Shown: positions 1 to 10,915 of the stretch, piece by piece
Layout of the letters: the number at the start of each line of letters is the position of its first letter
Numbering within the stretch: position 1 is the first letter of the stretch
From: Pachysolen tannophilus NRRL Y-2460
Lineage: Eukaryota
NCBI GenBank assembly: GCA_001661245.1
Contig: KV454015.1
Location: forward strand, 413,465-477,464
Reading direction: 5' to 3'
Length of the DNA: 64,000 nucleotides
The notes under the pieces: model-generated
The model's database searches: none
What the model saw: only the letters and a program-made list of their open reading frames with translations
Told to the model about the DNA's origin: nothing
Position numbers and translations under genes: made by a program

Positions 1-2
1 TA

Positions 3-36
<34 letters not shown>

Positions 37-99
37 CAAAAAATAAAAAAAATATAAAAAGTAGTTCTTTAAATACAAATACTCTCAAATAGGAAACTC

Positions 100-147
100 A
101 AAATTTTTCACACAAAAATTTTTTTTTCTTTTTTTTTAAAAGATGAG
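100..147. promoter_or_regulatory. RRPE-like and PAC-core motifs upstream of RRP9
   Basis: AAAATTTTTCA (RRPE reverse complement) at 100-110 and GATGAG at 142-147, upstream of a ribosome-biogenesis gene. These short motifs can arise by chance in AT-rich DNA. Confidence 0.45.
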
Positions 148-365
148 GAAAAAGGTATATAGAGAAGAAATAGAGAGAGAGAGAAAGAAAGAGTAACAGA
201 TTTTTAGTAATTAATTCATCAAAAATACTCTTTTAAGAAAAAAGTAAAAGTATAGAGACGTACGTTGGTAATTCTATGAGGAATTAGACTACGGTAGGTG
301 TATTTATTTGGATCATATACAATTAGAGAGAAAGAGAAAGAGAAAGAGTTTTTTTAATTTTTGAG

Positions 366-2012
366 ATGGTTTCAGATCCTTTCTTATCAGATCCACTGAG
401 GAAAAGGAAAAAGTCCGTACCGAAAAGAAACACTTCTCTTGTTTCAAGAAAGAAGAGCAAGTCGGCAGCAGCTACGAGCTCAACACTGAATCAAGAAGAT
501 GTGGATGAAGAAATCTCGGGAATTAGTGATAGTGATGAAGAAGAACAAGAACAAATAAATGAAGAAAATGAACAAGATGTATTAAGTAGTGATGATGAAT
601 TTGCTGGAGAATCAGCAGCAGATAAACGTCGTCGTCTTGCAAAACAATATTTGGAGAATTTAGCAAATGAATACCAAGACGAAGGAGAAGAAGGAGGAGC
701 TTTTGATGCACTGGATTTAGATAGAGATATTATTGCATCAAGATTAAAACAAGATGTTGCAGAACAAAAAGGTTATGTTTATAAATTTATTGCTGATAAT
801 TTGTTAATTAAAGATTGTAAACCTAAAATTTCAAGAGTTGGGTCAATGTCACTTACATCATTATCGATCCATTACCCTTATTGTTATACAACTTCAAAAG
901 ATATGGAATTATCTAAATGGGATATTTCAAATGTTAATAAAAAACCAATAAGGAAAAAATATGTTAAAGGTGGATTGAATTTTATAGAAATAAATAAAGA
1001 ACCACATAAAAATGGTCATATGGATGAAATATATTGTTGTTGCGCTTCTCCAAATGGTAAATACGTGGTTACTGGAGGTAAAGATAAAAGATTAATAATA
1101 TGGTCAACTGAAAATTTATCCGTATTAAAAGTTTTAGAAACAAATTCGAAAAAAGGTGAAATCTTTGGATTAATTTTTAAAAGAAATTCTGATCAATTAT
1201 ATGCTGCATGTGGTGATTTAAAAATAAGAACCTATAGTATTAATCAATTTGCTCATTTAGAAACATTATATGGACATCAAGATTTAGTAGTTGATATTAG
1301 CGCATTGGCACAAGAAAGATGTGTTACTGTTGGATCTAGAGATAGAACAGCAATGTTATGGAAAATAGCAGAGGAAACAAGATTAACTTTTAGAGGTGGT
1401 GATTCAGAATCTACTAAAAAAAAGTCTAAAAGGCAACAACAAGATGATTCACAAAAAAATGGTAAAGAAGAATATTTTAATGAAGGATCAATTGATTGTA
1501 TATCAATGATTGACGATTCACATTTTATTACCGGTTCAGATAATGGGAATATTTCCTTATGGTCTACTGCAAAGAAAAGACCACAATTCACACAAAGAAT
1601 TGCTCATGGATTAATTCCTGAAAAAACACCTCTGCAATCTTCTGCAGAATCAAATTTATCATTAGCATCAACACAGATATCAAAACCTCAACCATATTGG
1701 ATAACTTCTGTATATGCGTTACCTTATGCCAATGTTTTTTTTTCTGGTTCATGGAATGGTACTATTAAAATTTGGAAATTGTCCGATGATTTGAGATCAT
1801 TCATATCAATTGGAGAATTACCAAATGCCAAAGGTGTTGTCACTAAAATTGAAGCTATAGAAGATGATTCTGAAAATATCAAGAAATTGAGAGTATTAGC
1901 AACTCTTTCAAAAGAGCATAGATTGGGAAGATGGGTGAAATTACATGGTAATGGTGCAAGAAATGCTTTGTTTTCTGCTGTTATTGAGTATCAAAATTTA
2001 AAACCGAAATAA
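366..2012 (+). CDS. RRP9: U3 snoRNP WD40 protein Rrp9 (U3-55K)
   Basis: Acidic N-terminus with 'ESAADKRRRLAKQYLENL', WD40 repeats ('ETLYGHQD', 'CVTVGSRDRTAMLWKIAEETRLTFRGG') and the C-terminal motif 'KEHRLGRW'. Confidence 0.95.
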   Translation: MVSDPFLSDPLRKRKKSVPKRNTSLVSRKKSKSAAATSSTLNQEDVDEEISGISDSDEEEQEQINEENEQDVLSSDDEFAGESAADKRRRLAKQYLENLANEYQDEGEEGGAFDALDLDRDIIASRLKQDVAEQKGYVYKFIADNLLIKDCKPKISRVGSMSLTSLSIHYPYCYTTSKDMELSKWDISNVNKKPIRKKYVKGGLNFIEINKEPHKNGHMDEIYCCCASPNGKYVVTGGKDKRLIIWSTENLSVLKVLETNSKKGEIFGLIFKRNSDQLYAACGDLKIRTYSINQFAHLETLYGHQDLVVDISALAQERCVTVGSRDRTAMLWKIAEETRLTFRGGDSESTKKKSKRQQQDDSQKNGKEEYFNEGSIDCISMIDDSHFITGSDNGNISLWSTAKKRPQFTQRIAHGLIPEKTPLQSSAESNLSLASTQISKPQPYWITSVYALPYANVFFSGSWNGTIKIWKLSDDLRSFISIGELPNAKGVVTKIEAIEDDSENIKKLRVLATLSKEHRLGRWVKLHGNGARNALFSAVIEYQNLKPK

Positions 2013-2129
2013 GAAAAAAGAAAATAATAATCGGAAGGAATATTTAAAAAAGTTTAACTTTATTTAATTGATTAGTTATATAATTTATATTACTCGTATA
2101 AGTTCATATAAAACAGTATTATATTTAAA

Positions 2130-2689
2130 NNNNNNNNNNNNNNNNNNNNNNNNNNNNNNNNNNNNNNNNNNNNNNNNNNNNNNNNNNNNNNNNNNNNNNN
2201 NNNNNNNNNNNNNNNNNNNNNNNNNNNNNNNNNNNNNNNNNNNNNNNNNNNNNNNNNNNNNNNNNNNNNNNNNNNNNNNNNNNNNNNNNNNNNNNNNNNN
2301 NNNNNNNNNNNNNNNNNNNNNNNNNNNNNNNNNNNNNNNNNNNNNNNNNNNNNNNNNNNNNNNNNNNNNNNNNNNNNNNNNNNNNNNNNNNNNNNNNNNN
2401 NNNNNNNNNNNNNNNNNNNNNNNNNNNNNNNNNNNNNNNNNNNNNNNNNNNNNNNNNNNNNNNNNNNNNNNNNNNNNNNNNNNNNNNNNNNNNNNNNNNN
2501 NNNNNNNNNNNNNNNNNNNNNNNNNNNNNNNNNNNNNNNNNNNNNNNNNNNNNNNNNNNNNNNNNNNNNNNNNNNNNNNNNNNNNNNNNNNNNNNNNNNN
2601 NNNNNNNNNNNNNNNNNNNNNNNNNNNNNNNNNNNNNNNNNNNNNNNNNNNNNNNNNNNNNNNNNNNNNNNNNNNNNNNNNNNNNNNNN
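2130..2689. other. Assembly gap (N run)
   Basis: 560 consecutive N. Confidence 1.
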
Positions 2690-3027
2690 AAAAAAAAAAA
2701 AAACGCCATTATCTTAAAAAAAAAACATCTAAAATTAGGTATCAATTAAGCTAAGAAATTCGAAAACTCTGAACTTCCATTAGCACCCAAAAACAATAAT
2801 AAAAACAAAACCAATAGAAGCCTTATTGATAATTAAAGGTAACAAAAAAGAGTTAAAAGAGTAATACAAATAAAGAAAGAGAGAGAAAGAATAAAAAAAG
2901 AGGGACGAACGAAATAGAAAAGTTTATAGCAGCACCTTTTAAAAACAAGTCAAGAAGAAATTGAAATAACTGAAATCCATATTTGAATTCCAAAAAAATT
3001 CAGAATAAATAATCAAAAATTCTTGTC

Positions 3028-3780
3028 TTATAAAAGAGCAGCTAAAGCCAAACCAACAGCACCAAAAGCGACACCATTGGATAAGTAAAAGTTTTCAGCA
3101 CCAGCAGCTTTTGATGTTGAGGAAGCTACAGTTGAAGCAGCAGCATCTAATGATGAAGAAGCAACAACAGTTTTAAGAGTACTTGAAGATGAGGACGACG
3201 ATGATGACTCTGATGATGATTTTGAGGTTGTGTTGTAAGAACCTCTAGAAAATGAAGATAATGTGTATTTGCTGCTGACAGCACTGCTTGATGAATTAAA
3301 TCCTGTATAAGAAGAAGAAGTTGTAACAGCAGAAGCAATAGCAACAATACCTTCAGCGGCCAATAAAGTTGATGATTTTACGGCAACGTAAGAGGATGGA
3401 ACAGCTGAAGAGCTTGGTGCACTGGTAACAGAAGCGGCGGCAGCAGCACTGGCTGATAAAGCCGAAACATAAGAAGCGGCACTTGCAGCACTTGCAGCAC
3501 TTGCAGCACTCTCAACACTTTCAACACTGGCAACGCTGGCAACACTTTCAGCACTGTCATAACTTTGAACAGAAAGGACAGAAGAAAGAGAGTAAGCACT
3601 GGCTGATGATTCAGATTCCTGAATTTCAAGTTCAAGAGCAGCTGATTCGGAAGGGGTTAAAACAGTTTCAGTGATTGTGATTGTAACAGGGATAGTTGTA
3701 GTAACATCATCAACCGCTAAAACGGATTGGGATAAAAATAAAGTTGCTGAAGCAAATGGAACTAAGTATTTGGCTAACAT
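3028..3780 (-). CDS. Ser/Ala-rich secreted, probably GPI-anchored cell-wall mannoprotein
   Basis: N-terminal signal peptide (MLAKYLVPFASATLFLSQSVLA), S/A/T-rich body with SVASVE/SAA repeats, and a hydrophobic C-terminal GPI signal (…KAAGAENFYLSNGVAFGAVGLALAALL). Confidence 0.85.
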   Translation of the reverse strand: MLAKYLVPFASATLFLSQSVLAVDDVTTTIPVTITITETVLTPSESAALELEIQESESSASAYSLSSVLSVQSYDSAESVASVASVESVESAASAASAASAASYVSALSASAAAAASVTSAPSSSAVPSSYVAVKSSTLLAAEGIVAIASAVTTSSSYTGFNSSSSAVSSKYTLSSFSRGSYNTTSKSSSESSSSSSSSSTLKTVVASSSLDAAASTVASSTSKAAGAENFYLSNGVAFGAVGLALAALL

Positions 3781-5671
3781 TTTTTTTCTTTGAATTGAAT
3801 AAAAAAATTATCGTATTTAGAAATTATCAACAATTAACAATGAAATGAATTAGAAATAAACAATTAATCTTTGTTTATAATATTAATTAAATTTTAATAA
3901 AGAATGACTGAGTTGGAAATGAAGTAATTATTAAAACTTAAAACAAAACTCTTGGATAAATAAGGAATGACTAGAGTTGGAACGATAGTTCTTGCTGATG
4001 AAGCTTTTGTTTTGTTTTGTTTATGTTTTCTTCAAACAATTGGGTATCTCTTGTAAAGATTATTTATTTAAATAAACTGACAATTAAATGAATGAGTTGT
4101 TGTTATAATATTAATTGAATAAACAAATTCAAAAATGAAAACAAATTATCATTCTTCAGGATATTGGATTGTTTATAAAAAAACTGTGAACTTGACTAGA
4201 TCGAAGTTTTGGAAAAAAATTTTCTCCATTTTCTGTATGGATTCGTCCATTTTTGGAAATATGTAAACATGAAAACTTTATTCGTGCAGAAAATTGTATA
4301 TTTTCTATACATTTTAGGAAATCTAGATTTTCGAAATTGGCCCTTTTAAGAACAGTTGTTATGGTTATTCCACTAAACGTTAGATTTAGCTTCGAAATTG
4401 TAAGGGTAACACTGCTAAAACATGCAAGCCGTGCGTCAGTTATAGGCGTTTATTTACTCAAAGTTGTCAATACACAAAATATTAAGTAAATGCAACAAAG
4501 AAAAATTGTCTGACAGAATTCAGTCTGCCGTACGTAATTTTATTGTTTGCAACAAAAAATTATTAGTTACCATGGTAACATTAGCTAAAAGAGAATATTT
4601 AGTTGAACAAACAACAGTGGAAAAAAAATGATTCTTCCTTTAACTTATAGATTTAATATTTAGCACAAAAAGGAGTTCAAATGAAGATCCTGCTCTATTT
4701 ATATATTTTTAGAGTCTGGAAATTGAAGCAGTCATGATTTGGAGAAAAAGAGTGTTTCTAAAGGAAATGTAAAAAAAGCTAATTGTAAGAATAAACAAAC
4801 AAATAATTTGAAAAAAAAAAAAAAACAAACAACAACATTTTAAAGTTTAAAGTTGACATAGAAATTTTTTATACATAATGTGTGAAAGAAAGAATGAAAA
4901 AAAAAAAAAAAAAAACTCTAAAGTATAAATGAATCATGCACTACCTCACCACCTAAAGCCCAATGAGGAATCGCACTGCTCTCAGTGATGAACTTGAAAG
5001 AAAAAGTGCAAAAAAGTAGTGTCATCGATCAGAAAAATAATTGATATCTACACTACTTCTTGTTTTGTATCTGGAATTAAATAAAATATAATAGAAAAAG
5101 TGTAACTAGCACACGAGAGATTTTAATAATACTGTAAATCAGAGATGCCATTATGAACATTATTATATAGAAAATAGAAAGAGAAAAGAAACAAAAAAAA
5201 AAGAAGTTAAAAGAACAGGAAGATAAGAAGCAAAAAACAAAAAAAAAAAAAATTAAGAGAAAAACACTCCAAACGGATATACGTAGGTTTTTGAATATAA
5301 TATAATCATATATAAGTGAATAGTTATATCATGTAGAAAGCAAACTTAAACCTTGATGACAATATGATTTACTCATAACACATTATGAAAACAAAGGACA
5401 ATTCAAGAAAAAATATACATATATATATATATATAAATATATATATATATGTAAAATAATAAAAAGCTAACTCCATACTAAAAAATAAAGCAATAGCAAT
5501 GAATGAATTGACAAAAAATAACATTAATTAATAATAAATATATGTTAAGTCATTTGTATCTTAAAAGTCTAAATAAAATAGACAGCTTGGGGTGAAACTT
5601 TTTAATTTTTTTATTTCTAAAATTTTTTTTTTTTTCATTCTTTTAATCCTTCATATTTAATTAGAGTATTT

Positions 5672-8600
5672 CTAATTTCCATGACTAACAGTATTATGTG
5701 AGTTATGAATATAGTTTGCAACAGTCATTAATCGTCTTTGCTCATCATCATCCCAGCTCATATCACCTTTACTGGTCGTTCTCATCAAACCTAAATCATC
5801 TTCGTCACCATATAAATCGTCATCATTATTTTGGTTATCATCACTATCTTCATCTGATAAGGCATCTGTATTATATTCATCTTCTAAGGCAGAAGAACCA
5901 GTTGCACGGTGCCGTGTATTAATCTTCCTATGCTTTTCACCCTCATCTTGAGCTTTCCCACTTTCATTACGTTCAGAATAGGAATCATGAATATCATTAT
6001 ATTCATTATGATTTTCCTGTAACTCAATTGGACTTAGTAAACCATTTGTCGAATATAAAGGATGATTTTTCCTTGCATAACTCCTGCCATCATCGTTCGG
6101 ATCTTCATAATCATCATCATCTCCACCTATTTTGAACAGATCTTGATCAAAATCTGCGGAATTATCGAGATTATCATCATTTATATTATTACCACTATCC
6201 ATATTGAGCTCATTGGGTGGTTGATAATGTACAATACTATTTGGATTATTTGCGTTCGAATTTAATTTTGACGTAAAATCAGTAGACATTGACCAATTCA
6301 CGGGCTCGTCATCTTCGTCATCTTCATCAGAAGAACCGAATTTATCTGGTAAGTCATTAGTCATTTGTTGTGACATGTAACGAGAGAATTGATCATTATC
6401 ATCATCTGAATCAGATGCACCTGTATTTGCATTGTTACCACCACCATTGTGCATGGCATTTAAGTTCTGACTATTATCTAATGAATGGTAATCTTCATCG
6501 TCATCATCATCATCTTGATAGCCACTGCCCCTCAAATCATTATCCACATTTGGGTCCAATATCATACCTTGACTGGTATCTTGTAACTCATCATCTTCTC
6601 CAAGAGTACCACCCAATATAGCATTGTATTTTTTTCTTGTATCTACTAAAGTTTCATTTACATATTGAACCCATTCATCGTTTGAAACAGTATCATGGAT
6701 TATAAACGAAATAGATTCCGGTTGATACAATGATGTAAATTTAACAACCTCTTCCGCTATTAAAGTTAAATGTCCCATATAACCTAATCTCAAACCGGTT
6801 TGTTCTTCATAATCTTCACATTTTTTCTGACCTTCAATAATTAGCTTCGTTATATTGCCTCTTCCAAACAAATCAATAGCCAAATATTTATTATAACCAA
6901 TTTCCATAGAACCATTTAAAATTTGCTGGACAATATCAAAGACAACGTTATGTAAAAAATTGTTCCACGGGAATCTGAAAAACATATTTAATATGGTAAT
7001 TATGACATTATTATCTGCTAAAGCAATTTTTAATTGATCACCAACAACTGTATTCTGCCTCAACATTGCTTCACTCTCATTAGAATGATCAGCTAAATGT
7101 CCTTCATCCATATCAATGCTATAGTCTGCTTCATCAGTTTTTTCACGTACTTGTTGTTCTGGGAGTTCTTCTTGTTCTCCGTGTTCTAAAACTTCATTAA
7201 CTCCCTCTCTTTCTTCTCCTTCGATAGGACTGTGTTGTTCTTGTTCTTGTGTAGCGTCAAATGATTGATCCAGTGGGAGTTGATCATTAACGATATTATC
7301 TGTATTACCATTACGATCAGAAGAAATATCCAAATTATTTATGTCCCTTGAAATATCTTCATCACATACACTATTTTCTGGACTAGTACTAATCTGTTGG
7401 TTAAACTTGAATGCTGTCTTGTCTAAATTTTTTAATCTAGTTCTTTCAATGTCTCTTTCCTTAACTATGGCTTCACCTTTCTCATCGTTAAGTAAACCCA
7501 TATTAGAACAATGCAATAATTCTGCAACCAATTCGCAAATTTTAAATCTTTCAAAACCTAAAGGTTCAATACTACCAAATGGAGTTTCCAATACTTCTGG
7601 ATGAGGTTTCTCTAACATTTTTGTGAAATTTGGAATATTTTCTGCAAAAACTTTTACCAACGTACCTAAGTAAATAGGATCCCTTGAAGTTGGTGGATGC
7701 GATTTAATGGTTATGAATAATACAGGAACAAAATCATAATCTGAATTATTTTTCCTAATAATTTCAATTATTATCCCTACTGCGTTGGCCAACCCAGTCC
7801 CTCCATAAAGCATCAATCTAACCAATTCTCTAATAACAGGTTCTGAAACTAATTCCCTTGTTAATTCATTTGGACCTATTGTATTATCATCATTATTAGA
7901 GTTTGCTGATATGGTTATGAAAGCTTTTAGAAAATCTGCAGAAGCAGACTGTATTGTTGAAGGGTATTCAGGGCCTAAAAATGCTATTAGTGAAGGGATT
8001 AACTTTTGTTCTTGTAAGACATCAATGGCACCAGTAGATGTATCAGGTTTATCACTCACTATAACTTTTAATAATAAATCCATTAAAGTTGGATTATCAA
8101 TGTGCCTCATAAATCTATCAACCAATGACGGTTGGCTTAATATAAATTGAATCATTTCATCTGTCTTTTTAACTAACAAGTAATCATTAATTCTTGTAAA
8201 ATGAGACAGCGATAATATTGACAAGGATGAATCTTTATCCAAAATTGTCCATAACTTCTCCAAAAGTTCTAAATGCTCCATAAACGCTTCTGCTACTGAC
8301 CAGTCCGATTCTTCGATAAGTTGAACGGCAACTTGTGCTCTTCTACAATGAGCTTCAGCAAAAGTTTCTTCACGCTCATCATCATCATCATCATCAATAT
8401 TCATATCACTGTTATAGCTTTCATCGTAAACAGCGGATGCATCACTAGAATCGGATTCAAGATCCGACGAAATCTCACCATTACCTGTATGAGAATCTTC
8501 ATTTTCTGGTGTTTCTTGGTTTTCCTTATCAGCTTTTGTATCATTATCATTAGTTTCATTATCATGCTTTTCATCATCTATAAATGTCACATTAGTAGTA

Positions 8601-9115
8601 GTATTAGTAGTATTATTTGTAGTATTATTATTATTATTAGTAGTAGCAGAAGTAGTAGTAGCATTAGTATTAGCATTAGCATTAGCATTATTATTAGCTA
8701 TATTAGAAGTTGAAGTTGATTGATCATTATCATTGTGTATCTCAACTCCATTCTTAGCTTCTGATTCTTGACCATGATCTTGATTTCCATTTTGCTTTTC
8801 AATTTCAGCTGATTCTTTTTCAAAAATTATTTCTTGTTCTCTTTGAATCTTTGCCTCTAACAGAGTATTTTGTTCTTGTTCCAACTCTTGTTCTTGTTTT
8901 TGATAAATATCATCTTCTACAATTAAATTAATCAATTGATACAAGACATCTGGCTGTCTTAAATATTCTGTTAATTCTGCATTTGAACTTTGAACTTCTT
9001 GTATAATTTCAGGTTCATCCAATAACTCTTCCAACGAAACATCCGGTTTTTCTAATAGTTTCGACACATTAGAATCTGATGGATATGAACTATTTGAAAA
9101 CCTGGGCCAAATCAT
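5672..9115 (-). CDS. SAP190: Sit4-associated protein (SAPS domain; Sap185/Sap190 family)
   Basis: Motifs 'IIIEIIRKNNSDYD', 'IEPLGFERFKICELVAELLHCSNM', 'FPWNNFLHNVVFDIVQQI' and 'RLGYMGHLTLIAEEVVKF'. The first ATG is at 9115 (MIWPRF); the track start at 9211 is TTG. Confidence 0.9.
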   Translation of the reverse strand: MIWPRFSNSSYPSDSNVSKLLEKPDVSLEELLDEPEIIQEVQSSNAELTEYLRQPDVLYQLINLIVEDDIYQKQEQELEQEQNTLLEAKIQREQEIIFEKESAEIEKQNGNQDHGQESEAKNGVEIHNDNDQSTSTSNIANNNANANANTNATTTSATTNNNNNTTNNTTNTTTNVTFIDDEKHDNETNDNDTKADKENQETPENEDSHTGNGEISSDLESDSSDASAVYDESYNSDMNIDDDDDDEREETFAEAHCRRAQVAVQLIEESDWSVAEAFMEHLELLEKLWTILDKDSSLSILSLSHFTRINDYLLVKKTDEMIQFILSQPSLVDRFMRHIDNPTLMDLLLKVIVSDKPDTSTGAIDVLQEQKLIPSLIAFLGPEYPSTIQSASADFLKAFITISANSNNDDNTIGPNELTRELVSEPVIRELVRLMLYGGTGLANAVGIIIEIIRKNNSDYDFVPVLFITIKSHPPTSRDPIYLGTLVKVFAENIPNFTKMLEKPHPEVLETPFGSIEPLGFERFKICELVAELLHCSNMGLLNDEKGEAIVKERDIERTRLKNLDKTAFKFNQQISTSPENSVCDEDISRDINNLDISSDRNGNTDNIVNDQLPLDQSFDATQEQEQHSPIEGEEREGVNEVLEHGEQEELPEQQVREKTDEADYSIDMDEGHLADHSNESEAMLRQNTVVGDQLKIALADNNVIITILNMFFRFPWNNFLHNVVFDIVQQILNGSMEIGYNKYLAIDLFGRGNITKLIIEGQKKCEDYEEQTGLRLGYMGHLTLIAEEVVKFTSLYQPESISFIIHDTVSNDEWVQYVNETLVDTRKKYNAILGGTLGEDDELQDTSQGMILDPNVDNDLRGSGYQDDDDDDEDYHSLDNSQNLNAMHNGGGNNANTGASDSDDDNDQFSRYMSQQMTNDLPDKFGSSDEDDEDDEPVNWSMSTDFTSKLNSNANNPNSIVHYQPPNELNMDSGNNINDDNLDNSADFDQDLFKIGGDDDDYEDPNDDGRSYARKNHPLYSTNGLLSPIELQENHNEYNDIHDSYSERNESGKAQDEGEKHRKINTRHRATGSSALEDEYNTDALSDEDSDDNQNNDDDLYGDEDDLGLMRTTSKGDMSWDDDEQRRLMTVANYIHNSHNTVSHGN

Positions 9116-9752
9116 ATTCTTCCAATCTTGATGAATATTATGTATTCCTTTTTTTTTGTTTTGTTTTGTTTTCCAATATTTTTTATTTTTTTTAATATAA
9201 CACCCAATCAAATCGAATCAAATCAAATCTCCTTTCTAATTATATACATATATTTAATATAATGTAATATAATATATCGCCTCTTTTGTTTAATTCAAAT
9301 TACCTTTTTTTATTTATAACGTCAATGGATAATCAACCATTCGATATAGATTTTTCTTGAATAATGATAATGATGATAAATGCAAGTAAATAAATAAAAA
9401 AAAAAAAATAAAGAATAAAACAATCAGTGATGGGATTCAAAAAAGAAGCAAAAAAAAAATTGCTATGATTATTTCTATTTGACCTTTTTATTTTCTCTTT
9501 ACTCTTTTTCAATTTCAAGATAAAAAAAAAGATAAAGAACCAAATACCAAAGAAAAAAATAATACAAATTTACTTTTTGTTTTTTCTTTCTTTTTGATTC
9601 CTTTGGCGGTTATTTAAAACTATTTAAAAACTAAAATAATAATAATAATAATAATATTAATAAAAGAAGCGCTATAGAGTTTTCAATCTTTTTTCTCTTT
9701 TGTTTTGAATCCTAAAGAGAAAAAAAGCAAAAAAAAAAAAAAAAAGGCCAAC

Positions 9753-9910
9753 NNNNNNNNNNNNNNNNNNNNNNNNNNNNNNNNNNNNNNNNNNNNNNNN
9801 NNNNNNNNNNNNNNNNNNNNNNNNNNNNNNNNNNNNNNNNNNNNNNNNNNNNNNNNNNNNNNNNNNNNNNNNNNNNNNNNNNNNNNNNNNNNNNNNNNNN
9901 NNNNNNNNNN
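9753..9910. other. Assembly gap (N run)
   Basis: 158 consecutive N. Confidence 1.
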
Positions 9911-9997
9911 AAAATTTTTGTAACAGCGCTTAGTGTTAACTAATATAATATTATCGAAATGATATGATATCTACAACAAAGAGATATATATCTATCA

Positions 9998-10032
<35 letters not shown>

Positions 10033-10915
10033 AATATTTTCTTTGAATAATAATAATTATATATATAAAATTGTACAAGTTCCAGCAGATAGGTAGGTTA
10101 AGTTAAGGTTATAACGAGTTAGCGTCGGCTGTTGTAATACCTTAACCAAAAACTACTAAACTACTAAACTGCCAAACTGCCAAACTGCCAAAAAAACCTT
10201 TTTTTTTTATTCTTCTACTATTATTATTATGATTTGTTTGTTCCAGATACAACAGTTTGTCGTGCTCACTTTCCTGAAAAGGTAAAGACATTGAAACTCT
10301 CGCTCGTGAAAGAATCTCGATAAACCGGGGACCAGCAAACCAGCAAACTTCGAGAATTGCTTAAGATTTTTTTTTTAATTTTTTTCTGGTCAAAATTCCG
10401 GTAATGTGAATGTGACCACTTATTATTATTAATACTACTACTACTACTACTAATTTTTTCTGACCTTTTAACTACGGGTGATTGTATATCTATACGAGTG
10501 TCCGAATATCAGAGGGACAGCGTCATAGAGAACAAGGGTCATCATAATCTCAAAGGGTCAGTAAAATGAAATGAAATAAAGTGAAGTGAAGTGAAGTGAC
10601 CCGGGGTGGTTTATAAGTAGTTAGTTCTAATGTCAGGTCGTTCATTGAGACTCAAAAGAGGACAAAAGAGAACAAAAGAGAAGAAAGAAAAATTTCGGTT
10701 CAGTTTGTTTCATCAGCGGTAAAAGTATCCGGTGATTGGTTAGTTTAGGCGGGCAACTTTTGTAAGTTTGTACGGTTGCACTGGTGGAAGGAAGAGTTAC
10801 ATTACATACAGATACAGAGCTGAATTTAGATGAAAGCTATATATATATTATATATATAATGGAATGAATGGATTTATTGATTTGATTTGATTTGATTACT
10901 ATTTACAAAAATTAT

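Noticed and set aside
2068..2754. ORFs spanning N runs (also 9705-9923 and 41724-42278)
   Set aside because: They are open only because N codons cannot be stops.
4985..5075. Plus-strand C/D snoRNA (GTGATGA at 4985)
   Set aside because: There is no CTGA D box (CTGG instead), and only ~8 nt of complementarity to 5.8S rRNA.
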